DNA of 64,000 nucleotides from an uncultured Acidobacteriaceae bacterium (lineage in GTDB: Bacteria; Acidobacteriota; Terriglobia; Terriglobales; Acidobacteriaceae), in contig CAWCVD010000007.1 in NCBI GenBank assembly GCA_963798925.1, positions 318,805-382,804 of the forward strand. Direction: 5' to 3'. Position numbers and translations under genes: made by a program. How positions within the stretch are numbered: position 1 is the stretch's first letter; the number at the start of each line of letters is the position of its first letter. The notes below the pieces were generated by a model that was given only the letters and a program-made list of their open reading frames with translations, was not told the DNA's origin and ran no database searches. Shown piece after piece: positions 27,974 through 37,518 of this stretch.

Positions 27974-28034
27974 GAAGTCCAGACCTAAAGTCTCTCCTTC
28001 GAAGACTTTGCGCACTTTTGGATAGGGTGGGGGG
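27974..28034 (+). repeat. ~60-nt dispersed module (third copy of the inner part of the flagellar-flank repeat)
   Basis: GAAGTCCAGACCTAAAGTCTCTCCTTCGAAGACTTTGCGCACTTTTGGATAGGGTGGGGGG aligns with 43639-43696 and with rc 52146-52205. Contains the AAAGTCT/AGACTTT inverted repeat. Confidence 0.6.
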
Positions 28035-28129
28035 AGCATCTCCGGAACATGCATCCGCAGACCCAAACGTGCTAAACTCACAGGGTTGCGCAGATATCCG
28101 CACCGCAAAAACCACCACCGAGGAAACTC

Positions 28130-28876
28130 ATGTCCGGCCACTCAAAATGGGCGACAATTAAGCACAAAAAAGGCGCACTCGACGCCAAGCGTGGCAAGAT
28201 CTTCACCCGCCTGATCAAAGAAATCACCATAGCCGCCAAGACCGGCGGTGGTGGCGATCCCGACGGTAACCCCCGCCTCCGCACAGCAATCGCGGCCGCC
28301 AAAGCGGAGAACATGCCCGCCGAAAACATCAAGCGCGCCATCCAGCGCGGCACCGGCGAACTCGAAGGCGTCTCCTACGAGGAGATCACCTACGAGGGCT
28401 ACGGCCCCGGCGGTGTAGCCATCATCGTCGAAGTCCTCACCGACAACAAAAATCGCGCCGTCAGCGAAATCCGCCACGCCTTCAGCAAAAACGGCGGCAA
28501 TCTCGGCGCGGAAGGCGCGGTTTCATGGATGTTCACCAAAAAGGGAGTCATCACCGTAGCCAAATCAGCCGCCAGCGAAGACAAGCTCACTGAGATCGTC
28601 CTCGACGCGGGTGCCGAAGACCTCTCCGACGAAGGTGAAAACTGGGAGATCCTCACCGAGCCCAAGGACTTCGAAGCCGTCTCCGAAGCCGTCAAGAAGG
28701 CCGGCATCACGCCCGAGACCGCGGAGATCACCAAAATCGCCTCGACTTACACGAGACTCGAGGGAACTCAGGCCAACGCCATGATCCGCCTCCTCGAAGC
28801 CATCGAAGATCTCGACGATACGCAAAACGTCTACTCCAACTTTGACTTCGACGAAGCCGCCGTCGCCAGCGCCTGA
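28130..28876 (+). CDS. yebC: YebC/PmpR family DNA-binding transcriptional regulator
   Basis: Canonical N-terminus [28 protein letters not shown]. Confidence 0.92.
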   Translation: MSGHSKWATIKHKKGALDAKRGKIFTRLIKEITIAAKTGGGGDPDGNPRLRTAIAAAKAENMPAENIKRAIQRGTGELEGVSYEEITYEGYGPGGVAIIVEVLTDNKNRAVSEIRHAFSKNGGNLGAEGAVSWMFTKKGVITVAKSAASEDKLTEIVLDAGAEDLSDEGENWEILTEPKDFEAVSEAVKKAGITPETAEITKIASTYTRLEGTQANAMIRLLEAIEDLDDTQNVYSNFDFDEAAVASA

Positions 28877-28904
28877 CACGGACCACCGGTCGCCAACCTC
28901 AAAA

Positions 28905-28931
28905 GGCCGCCGTTCACCGGCGGTCTTCTTC
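28905..28931 (+). terminator. rho-independent terminator after yebC
   Basis: GGCCGCCG-ttca-CGGCGGTC hairpin followed by TTCTTCT. Confidence 0.55.
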
Positions 28932-28957
28932 TGCCAGCCAACATCCGGAGACCTAGC

Positions 28958-29704
28958 TTGATCAACAGCCCCCAACGCCACACCAGAATGGCCATCTGGG
29001 TCTTCGCCCTTCTGCTCTTTGCCCGCTTCGCCTCAGCGCAAACAACGGCCAACACCGAGGTCACGCCCTTCCACGACACCTCCGGTCACAAACCGATGGA
29101 GATCGGAGTCCTGATTCAAGGCGGCAACGGCGTCACCGATGACCGCAACGGCTTCAAGTTCTTCATGGCCGGAGCGCAGATCGGCAAAGTCCTCATCTCC
29201 ACTCACGGCGACAGCCCATGGCGCAGCAGCTTCGAGCTCGGCGGCCAGTTCTTCCCCTTCTGGCAGTCCTACACTCCCAAGTACCAGCGCCCCTTCTGCA
29301 CCAACCCGATCGGTTTGCCCCCCCAGTGCACCGCTTTCTACACCGTAGGCGGCACCTTCACCGGCATGTCCATCACGCCAGTCATCTTTCGCTGGAACCT
29401 GGCCGGCACCAAACATTTCTCCTACTGGGGACAGGCCGCAGGTGGTGTCCTTTGGACAAATCACAAATACCCAGCCTTCGGTGGCCCACCTTACAACGAG
29501 CAAAACGATGGGCCCAACGCCGACGCCAGCGTCTGGAACTTCACTCCACAGGGCGGAGTAGGCGTCCATTACTTCATCCATCCACGCCGTTCCATCGACT
29601 TCAGCGCGAACGGTATCCACATCTCCAGCGCCTCACTCGGAGACCGCAACCCCGGCGTCAACGCGAGCGTACAATTCTCCCTCGGATACACATGGTGGAA
29701 GTAA
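28958..29704 (+). CDS. outer-membrane beta-barrel, acyloxyacyl hydrolase / lipid A deacylase (PagL)-like
   Basis: Signal peptide ending FASAQ, alternating beta-strand pattern, HISSAS near the C-terminus and a terminal aromatic (YTWWK). GGAGA lies 6 nt before TTG 28958. Confidence 0.5.
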   Translation: MINSPQRHTRMAIWVFALLLFARFASAQTTANTEVTPFHDTSGHKPMEIGVLIQGGNGVTDDRNGFKFFMAGAQIGKVLISTHGDSPWRSSFELGGQFFPFWQSYTPKYQRPFCTNPIGLPPQCTAFYTVGGTFTGMSITPVIFRWNLAGTKHFSYWGQAAGGVLWTNHKYPAFGGPPYNEQNDGPNADASVWNFTPQGGVGVHYFIHPRRSIDFSANGIHISSASLGDRNPGVNASVQFSLGYTWWK

Positions 29705-29783
29705 ACAAATCTCTTCCGGCTGGCAAACCCGCTCATCGGCAAACCGCTAACTCGCTGACTAGCAAACTCACTAATTGCTGATT

Positions 29784-30704
29784 ATGAACTCCGAAGCCAT
29801 CATCGAATGCGTGCCCAACTTCTCTGAAGGGACGGACGCAGGAAAAGTAAGACAGATCGTCGCATCCATGCAGGTCGAAGGCGTCCGTCTCCTCGATTGG
29901 TCGCTCGACACCGCACACAACCGTTCCGTCGTAACCATCGCCGGCACGCCCAGCGGCGTCGTCGAAGCCGCGGCGCGCGCCGCAGGCAAGGCTGCCGAAC
30001 TCATCGACCTCACCAAGCAAAACGGCGTCCATCCCCGCATCGGCGCCGCCGACGTCATCCCCTTCATACCCGTCAGCGGAGCGTCCCTCGCCGAGTGCGC
30101 CATTCTCGCGCGCCAGGCCGGCCTCCTGATCTGGCGGCGCTACGGCGTCCCCGTCTACTTCTACGGAGCCGCGGCTGCCCGCCCCGACCGGGTCCAACTC
30201 GAAGACGTCCGCAAAGGCCAGTTCGAAGGTCTACGCGACGCTGTTCGCCGCGACGCTGCCCGCCGTCCCGACATCGGCGGCCCCGAACTCCACGAAACGG
30301 CCGGCGCCAGCGCTGTCGGTGCCCGAAGCTTCCTCATCGCCTACAACGTTCACCTCAAAGGGTCCGATATCGCTGCTGCACGAGCGATCGCCCGCGACAT
30401 CCGAGCCGCCAACGGCGGTCTTCACGGCGTTAAGGCCATAGGTGTCTTCGCCAACGGCCGAGCCCAGGTCAGCATGAACGTCACCGACTTCAATCTCACT
30501 CCTATGCGCCACATCCATGCCACGCTCCACCATCTCGCCCAACGCCACGGAGTCCTCATTGACGACGCCGAACTCATAGGGCTGATACCCCAGGCCGCCT
30601 ATGAGCCCGATTCCGATTGGGTACGTCAAATAACTGGCTTCGATCCAGACGGCAAGGTTCTCGAACGCAGACTCCACGCCCCTATCGCCTGGCCTGAGCA
30701 ATAG
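29784..30704 (+). CDS. glutamate formimidoyltransferase
   Basis: IIECVPNFSEG...DTAHNRSVVTIAG...HPRIGAADVIPFIP. ATG 29784 within ORF 29775..30704. Confidence 0.85.
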   Translation: MNSEAIIECVPNFSEGTDAGKVRQIVASMQVEGVRLLDWSLDTAHNRSVVTIAGTPSGVVEAAARAAGKAAELIDLTKQNGVHPRIGAADVIPFIPVSGASLAECAILARQAGLLIWRRYGVPVYFYGAAAARPDRVQLEDVRKGQFEGLRDAVRRDAARRPDIGGPELHETAGASAVGARSFLIAYNVHLKGSDIAAARAIARDIRAANGGLHGVKAIGVFANGRAQVSMNVTDFNLTPMRHIHATLHHLAQRHGVLIDDAELIGLIPQAAYEPDSDWVRQITGFDPDGKVLERRLHAPIAWPEQ

Positions 30705-30857
30705 AGTCAGCAGAGTCAGCCGTCCGATCGAGGTACCACAAAAGTAGCATTCTGATAACGAACACCTCCCCATCCGCGCTTGCAAACAGTCTTACATTCA
30801 CGGAACAATGGTGTAGCTGACGCTACACTTGCAGTAGCTCAAGGAGTCAAAGTAACA

Positions 30858-31817
30858 ATGAAAATCACGAAGCAAAGCCTCCTCCCTGCCGCCGTCGCCA
30901 TCGCGACCATCCTGGCCCCCACATTTGCATCTGCGGCACAGCTCTCCAGCGACGCCAAGGCATCCATTCCAAAAGACATCCAGCAGCTCATCGTCGTCGA
31001 CTACCACGCCATGCAAAACTCGCCTGCTGCCATGGAGCTTAAGGATCGCGTTCTCCCGCCCGAGCTCAAGCGTCTCGAGACGGCTCTTAAGAGCTCTGGC
31101 CTCAAGGTCGATCAGGACGCCGACGTCCTCGCCTTCGCCGCCTTCCGTGACGCCGATGGCAAGGGCACTCGCATCGTCGGCATCGCCCAGGGTCAGTTCC
31201 ACACCCGCGAGATCATGGCCAATTTCACCAAGAACAAGACCAAGCCTAAGATGCTCCGCAACTCCAGCATCTACCCCATGGGCTCCAACGGCATGAGTGT
31301 TGTCTTCCTCAACCAAACCACCATGGTCTTCGGTGATCTCAGCGCAGTCGAGGCAGCGATGGACGCTCGTGACGGCATGGTCCCCGACTTCCTCTCCAAC
31401 GGCGATATGGTCAACGAGATGGGCGTGGTCGACACCAAGGCAGTCTGGAGTCTGCTCGACGCTAAAGGCACTCAGACCATGATGAAGAGCGTCCTCGGCG
31501 ACGCTGCTCAACTCGCCGACTATGACACCGTCAAGAACCGCATGAAGAGCAGCCGCTACACCATGGACTTCCAGAACGGCGTTAAGTTCGATATGGCCGT
31601 AGTCATGTCCGACACCATCACCGCCGCTACAGCTGCGACTCTGATGAAGGGCGTATCGATCATGCGCAAGACCGCCGGCTCGCCCCTCGAAAAGTCAGCT
31701 CTCGATCAGACCACCATCGACTCCAACGCTGGCACTCTGACCGTCTCTTACTCCTCTTCCGACAGCCAGTTCGCCAGTCTCCTCACCTCGCCCCTCTTCC
31801 AGTCCGTCGTCAAATAA
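30858..31817 (+). CDS. hypothetical secreted protein
   Basis: AAGGAG upstream of ATG 30858. Signal peptide MKITKQSLLPAAVAIATILAPTFASA. No family recognised. Confidence 0.6.
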   Translation: MKITKQSLLPAAVAIATILAPTFASAAQLSSDAKASIPKDIQQLIVVDYHAMQNSPAAMELKDRVLPPELKRLETALKSSGLKVDQDADVLAFAAFRDADGKGTRIVGIAQGQFHTREIMANFTKNKTKPKMLRNSSIYPMGSNGMSVVFLNQTTMVFGDLSAVEAAMDARDGMVPDFLSNGDMVNEMGVVDTKAVWSLLDAKGTQTMMKSVLGDAAQLADYDTVKNRMKSSRYTMDFQNGVKFDMAVVMSDTITAATAATLMKGVSIMRKTAGSPLEKSALDQTTIDSNAGTLTVSYSSSDSQFASLLTSPLFQSVVK

Positions 31818-31851
31818 CGCCCTAGTCAAAATAAGCGACAACCCGAATAGG

Positions 31852-31897
31852 AAAACCCCATCTTCGCGCGCCAGCTGAAGATGGGGTTTTCTTTGTG
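31852..31897 (+). terminator. strong rho-independent terminator
   Basis: Perfect 14-bp stem AAAACCCCATCTTC / GAAGATGGGGTTTT with an 11-nt loop, then a T-rich tail. Confidence 0.85.
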
Positions 31898-32177
31898 CTC
31901 GCTTCGATGATCTGTTCCACGCCACGATCATTGTTGTCCGATAGACGACATAACAAAAAATCCATTTCGTTGATGTCCTGATAATTCGGCGCCTCCGACC
32001 AAGTCCAAAATCATCAACATTTTCATGTCGTTGTGCACTTACCAAAAGAATTGTTTGCCGAACAAAATCAGAAGTGGGCCTTCAGGGCCAACCAGCCTTA
32101 CGGAATCGCACATCTTCATGCGATAGTTGCGAGGAAGTTTCTCGATTTTCGCTATCTAGTAATTTAGGGGGTTGCCT

Positions 32178-32819
32178 ATGATCAAACGCCTACTTGTACT
32201 CACTGCCTTAGCTGTTAGCAGTTCTCTCGTCGCCCACGCCGATTCCATTAGCGGTTTCTTTTCCGCTACCGGAACCGATTCCTTTACCGACCCGTCTCCC
32301 ATCGGAATCATCACGTTTGCACCTGGCACTTCGGTAGTCGCAGGAGCAATTGGGCCACCGGGGAGTGCCTTCGCCACCTACCTGACGGACGGCAACCCAA
32401 TCACATTTGTCTCCCTCCCTATTCCCTATCTGAACGGAAATAATACTCCACCTTCAATCCAACTCTTCTCGACCACAGAGAACGGTGAAACCTTCGGTTT
32501 CACTGTAAGCTCCTTTGACGCAGATTTTATTACTGGAACTCCTTCGACCGAGGGGTGCCTTACCGGCGATACCTGTCTCACAGTCACGGGATTTGGAACC
32601 TGGACGGGAACGGGAGTGGTGGACTACACGCCAACTCCTGGTCAGTTCGAATTTACTAGTCAGTATACGGTCGGCCAGGATGTGGGCAGTCTCACATCGT
32701 TCTCTGCGTCGGCATCGGCGACACCTACCCCGAATGTTCCGGAGCCAGCTTCGCTTGCTCTCTTCGGGACAGGTTTGGTCGGGTTCGTGGGGTTCGCTCG
32801 TCGTAAACTCAGCGCTTAA
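32178..32819 (+). CDS. PEP-CTERM sorting-domain protein
   Basis: Signal peptide; C-terminal VPEPASLALFGTGLVGFVGFARRKL (PEP motif + TM + basic tail). Confidence 0.85.
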   Translation: MIKRLLVLTALAVSSSLVAHADSISGFFSATGTDSFTDPSPIGIITFAPGTSVVAGAIGPPGSAFATYLTDGNPITFVSLPIPYLNGNNTPPSIQLFSTTENGETFGFTVSSFDADFITGTPSTEGCLTGDTCLTVTGFGTWTGTGVVDYTPTPGQFEFTSQYTVGQDVGSLTSFSASASATPTPNVPEPASLALFGTGLVGFVGFARRKLSA

Positions 32820-32885
32820 TTAGTTCTTTCACTCATTCCATACGGGAGCCGCAACTGGCTCCCATATGTCTTTAACATCAGTCAT

Positions 32886-33962
32886 CTACCACTGAAGCAG
32901 AAGCAATTCGGTACAGAACGCCGGACCCATGGACCCCATCATGCTGTAGCAACCTGGGCTTCCCGGGCGATTGAGCAGATAGTCCTGCATCACTGTAAGA
33001 ACCGAAACGGACGAGAGATTTCCGCGCTGGCGTAGAGTCTTCCACGATGCGGCCAGAGCATGGGGAGGCAAGTCGAGACTATTTTCCATAGCTCGAAGAA
33101 CCTTGGGACCGCCGCCATGAAAGATAAAGCTGCAAATGTTTCCCATGCTCAGGTCATTGTCAGCAAGAAAGCTCTCGACGGTGTCGCGAAGCTCTGCTTT
33201 AACCAACTCAGGAACTTCAGGCGAGAGGACAATGCTAAAGCCTTTGTGATTGATGGTCCATCCAGTCAGATGCTCCGTGTCGGGATAAAGCGTGGAGCGT
33301 GTGGCAACGACGCGCGGACAAGGATTCCGAACGCTGGTGGGCCTTTGGGCATGCGGCGTCTCCTCTCCAGCCAGGACCACGGCTGCGGCGCCGTCACCGA
33401 ACAGTCCGCTGGCGACCATATGAGCCATGGAATAGTCGTTCTCCTGCCAGGTGAGGGAGCATAGTTCGACAGAGAGAAGGAGGGCATATTGTTTGGGGTA
33501 GGCACGAACATAATCAATGGCGCGCGAAACTCCGGCGGCTCCGCCAACGCAGCCGAGACCGAAGATCGGGGTGCGTTTAACATCCCTGGGGAAGCCCATC
33601 CGGTTGACGAGACGGGCGTCGATGCTTGGACAGGCGATACCGGTGTGGGAAGTAAAGAAGATGGCGGAGATATCCGATGGAGCGAGGCCAGCGTGATCGA
33701 GGGCCATCTCGATAGATTGTTGACCAAGTTCGACAGCTCCCTTGATCCAAAGATCGTTGTTTGGGCCAAAGCCGGAGCGAGTTCCTAAGCTCTCCAGGGG
33801 AAACATAATGTTGCGGAAATCAACGCCACAGCTCGAGTGGAGGCGATCCATGACGCCAGGAACCGACGGGTTGTCTTGGATCCGTTCTTTCAGAGCCTCA
33901 GTGATGACAGCCTGCGGATAACGATGCACAGGAAACGCTGTGCCTACTGATGCAATACGCAT
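32886..33962 (-). CDS. type III polyketide synthase (chalcone/stilbene synthase superfamily)
   Basis: Catalytic-triad contexts GLGCVGGAAG (Cys), FIFHGGGPKV (His), RGNLSSVSVL (Asn); 358 aa. Confidence 0.9.
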   Translation of the reverse strand: MRIASVGTAFPVHRYPQAVITEALKERIQDNPSVPGVMDRLHSSCGVDFRNIMFPLESLGTRSGFGPNNDLWIKGAVELGQQSIEMALDHAGLAPSDISAIFFTSHTGIACPSIDARLVNRMGFPRDVKRTPIFGLGCVGGAAGVSRAIDYVRAYPKQYALLLSVELCSLTWQENDYSMAHMVASGLFGDGAAAVVLAGEETPHAQRPTSVRNPCPRVVATRSTLYPDTEHLTGWTINHKGFSIVLSPEVPELVKAELRDTVESFLADNDLSMGNICSFIFHGGGPKVLRAMENSLDLPPHALAASWKTLRQRGNLSSVSVLTVMQDYLLNRPGSPGCYSMMGSMGPAFCTELLLLQW

Positions 33963-34516
33963 GATGAAAACAACCTCTGGTTAGGGGTGGCGAGTTAAAT
34001 TGCCGGCACCTTACCGTCAGCAATCGATATTCAGATTTGGCAGGAGGTCGTACAAAGCCATCAAGCTGGAATTCATCCAGGGCACAGGAGACCCGCTTGG
34101 GCAATAAGACTGAGTATAAATTAAGGTTGCCCGACGGAAAGATTTTCTTTGCGTGAAATCAAAAAATTATGGCCGGGCCGCGATAGAAGCCCGAGCCACA
34201 CCTGTTTCAGAATGAAATGAAAAAGCGTCCGCGATATCTTCCTCTGTTCCCGCTAGCGGTGGTCGGTAATTCGCTCAGCCGACACACTTCCCATTCCAAC
34301 CGGTTCAATCAACGCCAAGGGCAACACATACAGCTTCGATTTCACAAACGATTCCGTCACTCCATACACTTTGCTGCTCGAGGAATATCGCCAGGAACCC
34401 GCGGCAACATGTATCCCTCAAACTCCAGCTTCGGATGTCGCTTCGCGTGGTGGTGCTGACTCGACTCCAGTTGCTTGAAAGGCGGGAAAAGTTAGCTGTA
34501 AGCAAAAAGTCCCACC

Positions 34517-34544
34517 TTGCTTCGTGTGAAAATTGCGGTACACT
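34517..34544 (+). promoter_or_regulatory. promoter-like element (-35 TTGCTT, 16-nt spacer, -10 TACACT) for the S9 peptidase gene
   Basis: TTGCTT 34517-22 and TACACT 34539-44. The surrounding ~60 nt is about 80 percent identical to 35666-35725. Confidence 0.45.
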
Positions 34545-34574
34545 GCGACTCACACCCACATCAAGGAGCCCATC

Positions 34575-35651
34575 TTGAGCTTTGTCTCTCGGCGTACTGC
34601 TCTGTTGACGGTCCTGTTTCTCGCAGCCCTGCTTCAATTCTCCAGTCACGCGCTCGCCCAAGAGCCCGCTGCCAGACCCGCCCCGGGTGCGGCTGCGACC
34701 CCGGCAGCGCCCACTTTCTCACCGCCCAACGACAACTCCGATGTCGTCCTCAAGCGTATGGACGATCTTCTGTGGTATCAAAAGGTCGGCGATATCGCTG
34801 ACATCGACAAGTCCGAGTACACGGGTCCACCGAATGAGCACCTCAAGAACAAAAAAGCACCAGGCGCAACCAACCCAATCCTGCTCCACGCCTACACGTT
34901 CATCCCGAAGAGACTGGATCGCAGCCACAAGCAGCCGCTCATCGTCTTCGTCCATCAAGGTGTCCACGCGTCCCTCGACACTACAATCGATGCGCACTTG
35001 ATTCGTGAACTGCTCGAACAAGGCTATCCGATCGTAGCTACGGACTACCGCGGCAGCACAGGCTACGGCCGCCCATTTTACGAAGAGATCGACTATGGCG
35101 GTCACGAGATCGACGATGTCTACCTCGGTATGAAGTGGATGCTGGAGCGCTACAGCTTCCTCGACCCCAAACGGGTCGGAATCGTAGGCTGGAGTCATGG
35201 CGGTCTCATCACTCTGATGAACATCTTCGCCCACCCTCACGACTACGCTGCCGCCTATGCAGGCGTTCCCGTAAGCGATCTGGTCGCGCGAATGGGTTAT
35301 GAGAGTGAGGGCTACCGTCAGCTCTACTCCGCGCCGTATCATCTCGGCGAATCCGTTCACGATGACATTGCGGAGTACCGCAAACGTTCACCAGTCAACC
35401 ACGCGAAGGAACTGGATACCCCGCTTCTGATTCACACAAACACGAACGACGAGGACGTCAACTACCTCGAGGTCGAGCATCTCATTCAGGCTCTCAAGTT
35501 CGAAGGCAAACAGTTCGAGTACAAGGTCTACGACAACGCCCCAGGTGGCCACTACTTCAACCGCATGGACACACCCCTGGCGATCGAGTCCCGCAAAGAG
35601 GTCTATACCTTCCTCGCAAAGTATCTGCATCCCGATAGTACGACGCACTGA
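34575..35651 (+). CDS. secreted S9-family serine peptidase / alpha-beta hydrolase
   Basis: TTG 34575 preceded by AAGGAG (6 nt). Signal peptide ...SSHALAQ. DYRGSTGYG and nucleophile GWSHGG. ORF track start 34533 is a TTG inside the promoter motif. Confidence 0.85.
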   Translation: MSFVSRRTALLTVLFLAALLQFSSHALAQEPAARPAPGAAATPAAPTFSPPNDNSDVVLKRMDDLLWYQKVGDIADIDKSEYTGPPNEHLKNKKAPGATNPILLHAYTFIPKRLDRSHKQPLIVFVHQGVHASLDTTIDAHLIRELLEQGYPIVATDYRGSTGYGRPFYEEIDYGGHEIDDVYLGMKWMLERYSFLDPKRVGIVGWSHGGLITLMNIFAHPHDYAAAYAGVPVSDLVARMGYESEGYRQLYSAPYHLGESVHDDIAEYRKRSPVNHAKELDTPLLIHTNTNDEDVNYLEVEHLIQALKFEGKQFEYKVYDNAPGGHYFNRMDTPLAIESRKEVYTFLAKYLHPDSTTH

Positions 35652-35667
35652 ACCCGCTCTTTCTCGC

Positions 35668-35695
35668 TTGCTTCATAGCAAGATTGCGGTACACT
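35668..35695 (+). promoter_or_regulatory. promoter-like element (-35 TTGCTT, 16-nt spacer, -10 TACACT) for the M20 gene
   Basis: TTGCTT 35668-73 and TACACT 35690-95. Paralogous to 34517-34544. Confidence 0.45.
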
Positions 35696-35791
35696 TCGAC
35701 TCACATCCACAAAAAGCACCATCCTGAACCTGGCTTCTCGCCGTTCTCTGCCTTCTCGCGAAGGAGACACAGAAAGACCAAGGAGTTCCGT

Positions 35792-37447
35792 ATGCGTAAT
35801 GGAAAGTTTTGCCTCATCTTCGGACTGCTGGCGACACTTGCGGCGCCGGCTCTTAGCCAGACCCCATCGATCACCCCGGAACAGAACGCCGAACTGAAAC
35901 AGCAGATATTGAAACAGGTCGACGGCAACGCCAAACTGGTCCAGGTCATGATCGACACGCTGTACAGTTTTGGCGAACTGGGTTTTCAGGAGTTCGAGAC
36001 GTCGAAGTACCTGACGGACCTGCTGGAGAAGAACGGTTTCAAGGTCGAGCATGGAATCGCCGGAATCCCGACTGCTTGGATGGCGACATGGGGAAGCGGT
36101 GAACCGGTCATCGCTCTCGGCTCAGACCTCGATTGCATTCCACAAGCCTCGCAGAAGCCCGGCGTCGCCTATCACGATCCGATTATTCCCGGCGCTCCCG
36201 GTCACGGCGAAGGGCACAACTCCGGTCAGGCCGTGAACATCGTCGCCGCCTTAGCCGTGAAGGACGTGATGATCAAAAATCATCTCCCCGGCACCATTAA
36301 GATCTGGCCCGGGGTAGCGGAGGAACTGCTTGGGAGCAAGGCTTATTATGTTCGCGACGGCTACTTCAAGGGAATTGATGCTGTTCTGTTCTCGCACGTC
36401 GGAGACAACCTCGGCGCGTCGTATGGCGGATACTCGACCAACGGGCTCGTCTCCGTTCAATACAACTTCCACGGCGAGAGCGCCCATTCCGCAGCCGCTC
36501 CGTGGCGGGGGCGCAGCGCACTCGATGCTGTAGAGCTAATGGACGTAGGCTGGAACTTCCGTCGCGAACACCTTCGCCTGCAGCAGCGCTCACACTACGT
36601 GATCCCCAACGGCGGCGACCAGCCGAACGTTGTGCCGCAAAACGCAGCAGTCTGGTATTACTTCCGCGAGGCCGACTATCAGCACATCAAAGAGCTGTGG
36701 GAGATCGGCGACAACATGGCTAACGGCGCTGCGCTGATGACGAATACCAAATGGGATTCGACCCTGATTGGCACAGCGTGGCCCGGTTTCTTCAACAAAC
36801 CAATTGCGGAAGAGGTCACAGAGAACGCAAAGCTCATCGGCCTCCCGAAATGGTCCGACGACGATCAAACGCTCGCCAAAGCGCTGCAGCACGAACTGAA
36901 AGTCCCCGAAAAAGGACTTGCGACGAAGCTCGACGAGTTGAAGACACCGAACGATCCCGAGAAGTATTACGGCGGCGGATCGGATGACATCGGCGACGTC
37001 TCGTGGGTCGCGCCGACGATCGTTCTTCGTTATCCGTCGAACATTCCCAACCTCCCCGGCCACAACTGGGCCAACGGGATCGCGATGGCAACTCCAATCG
37101 CCCATAAAGGCGCCATCGCAGGCGCAAAGGTTCAGGCCCTCACTCTCTTTGATCTAATGACCAAGCCGGAGCTGTTAACCAACGCGAAAGCGTACTTCAA
37201 TGACGTTCAAACCAAGGACGTAAAGTACCAGCCCTTCCTTCGCCCAACGGACAAACCATCCATCTGGCTGAACAAGGCGACGATGGACAAATACCGCCCC
37301 GAGATGAAGAAGTACTACTACGACGCAACCAAGTACCCAACATATCTCGATCAACTTGGCATAAAGTATCCAACCGTTCGCACAGCCTCAACGCCCCCTG
37401 CCGCTACACCAACAGGCGAGGCCGAGGACGACGGCTCCTTACGTTAA
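35792..37447 (+). CDS. secreted M20-family amidohydrolase/peptidase (AbgB-like)
   Basis: ATG 35792 with AAGGAG 6 nt upstream. Signal peptide ...APALSQ. PGHGEGHNSGQ metal site region and M20 dimerisation-like middle. Confidence 0.8.
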   Translation: MRNGKFCLIFGLLATLAAPALSQTPSITPEQNAELKQQILKQVDGNAKLVQVMIDTLYSFGELGFQEFETSKYLTDLLEKNGFKVEHGIAGIPTAWMATWGSGEPVIALGSDLDCIPQASQKPGVAYHDPIIPGAPGHGEGHNSGQAVNIVAALAVKDVMIKNHLPGTIKIWPGVAEELLGSKAYYVRDGYFKGIDAVLFSHVGDNLGASYGGYSTNGLVSVQYNFHGESAHSAAAPWRGRSALDAVELMDVGWNFRREHLRLQQRSHYVIPNGGDQPNVVPQNAAVWYYFREADYQHIKELWEIGDNMANGAALMTNTKWDSTLIGTAWPGFFNKPIAEEVTENAKLIGLPKWSDDDQTLAKALQHELKVPEKGLATKLDELKTPNDPEKYYGGGSDDIGDVSWVAPTIVLRYPSNIPNLPGHNWANGIAMATPIAHKGAIAGAKVQALTLFDLMTKPELLTNAKAYFNDVQTKDVKYQPFLRPTDKPSIWLNKATMDKYRPEMKKYYYDATKYPTYLDQLGIKYPTVRTASTPPAATPTGEAEDDGSLR

Positions 37448-37518
37448 CTCCGTTCTGCACCATAGCCGCATTGTTCTGAATTAACGAAGCTCTCACCCAC
37501 CCGGAGGCTCTTTCGTCC

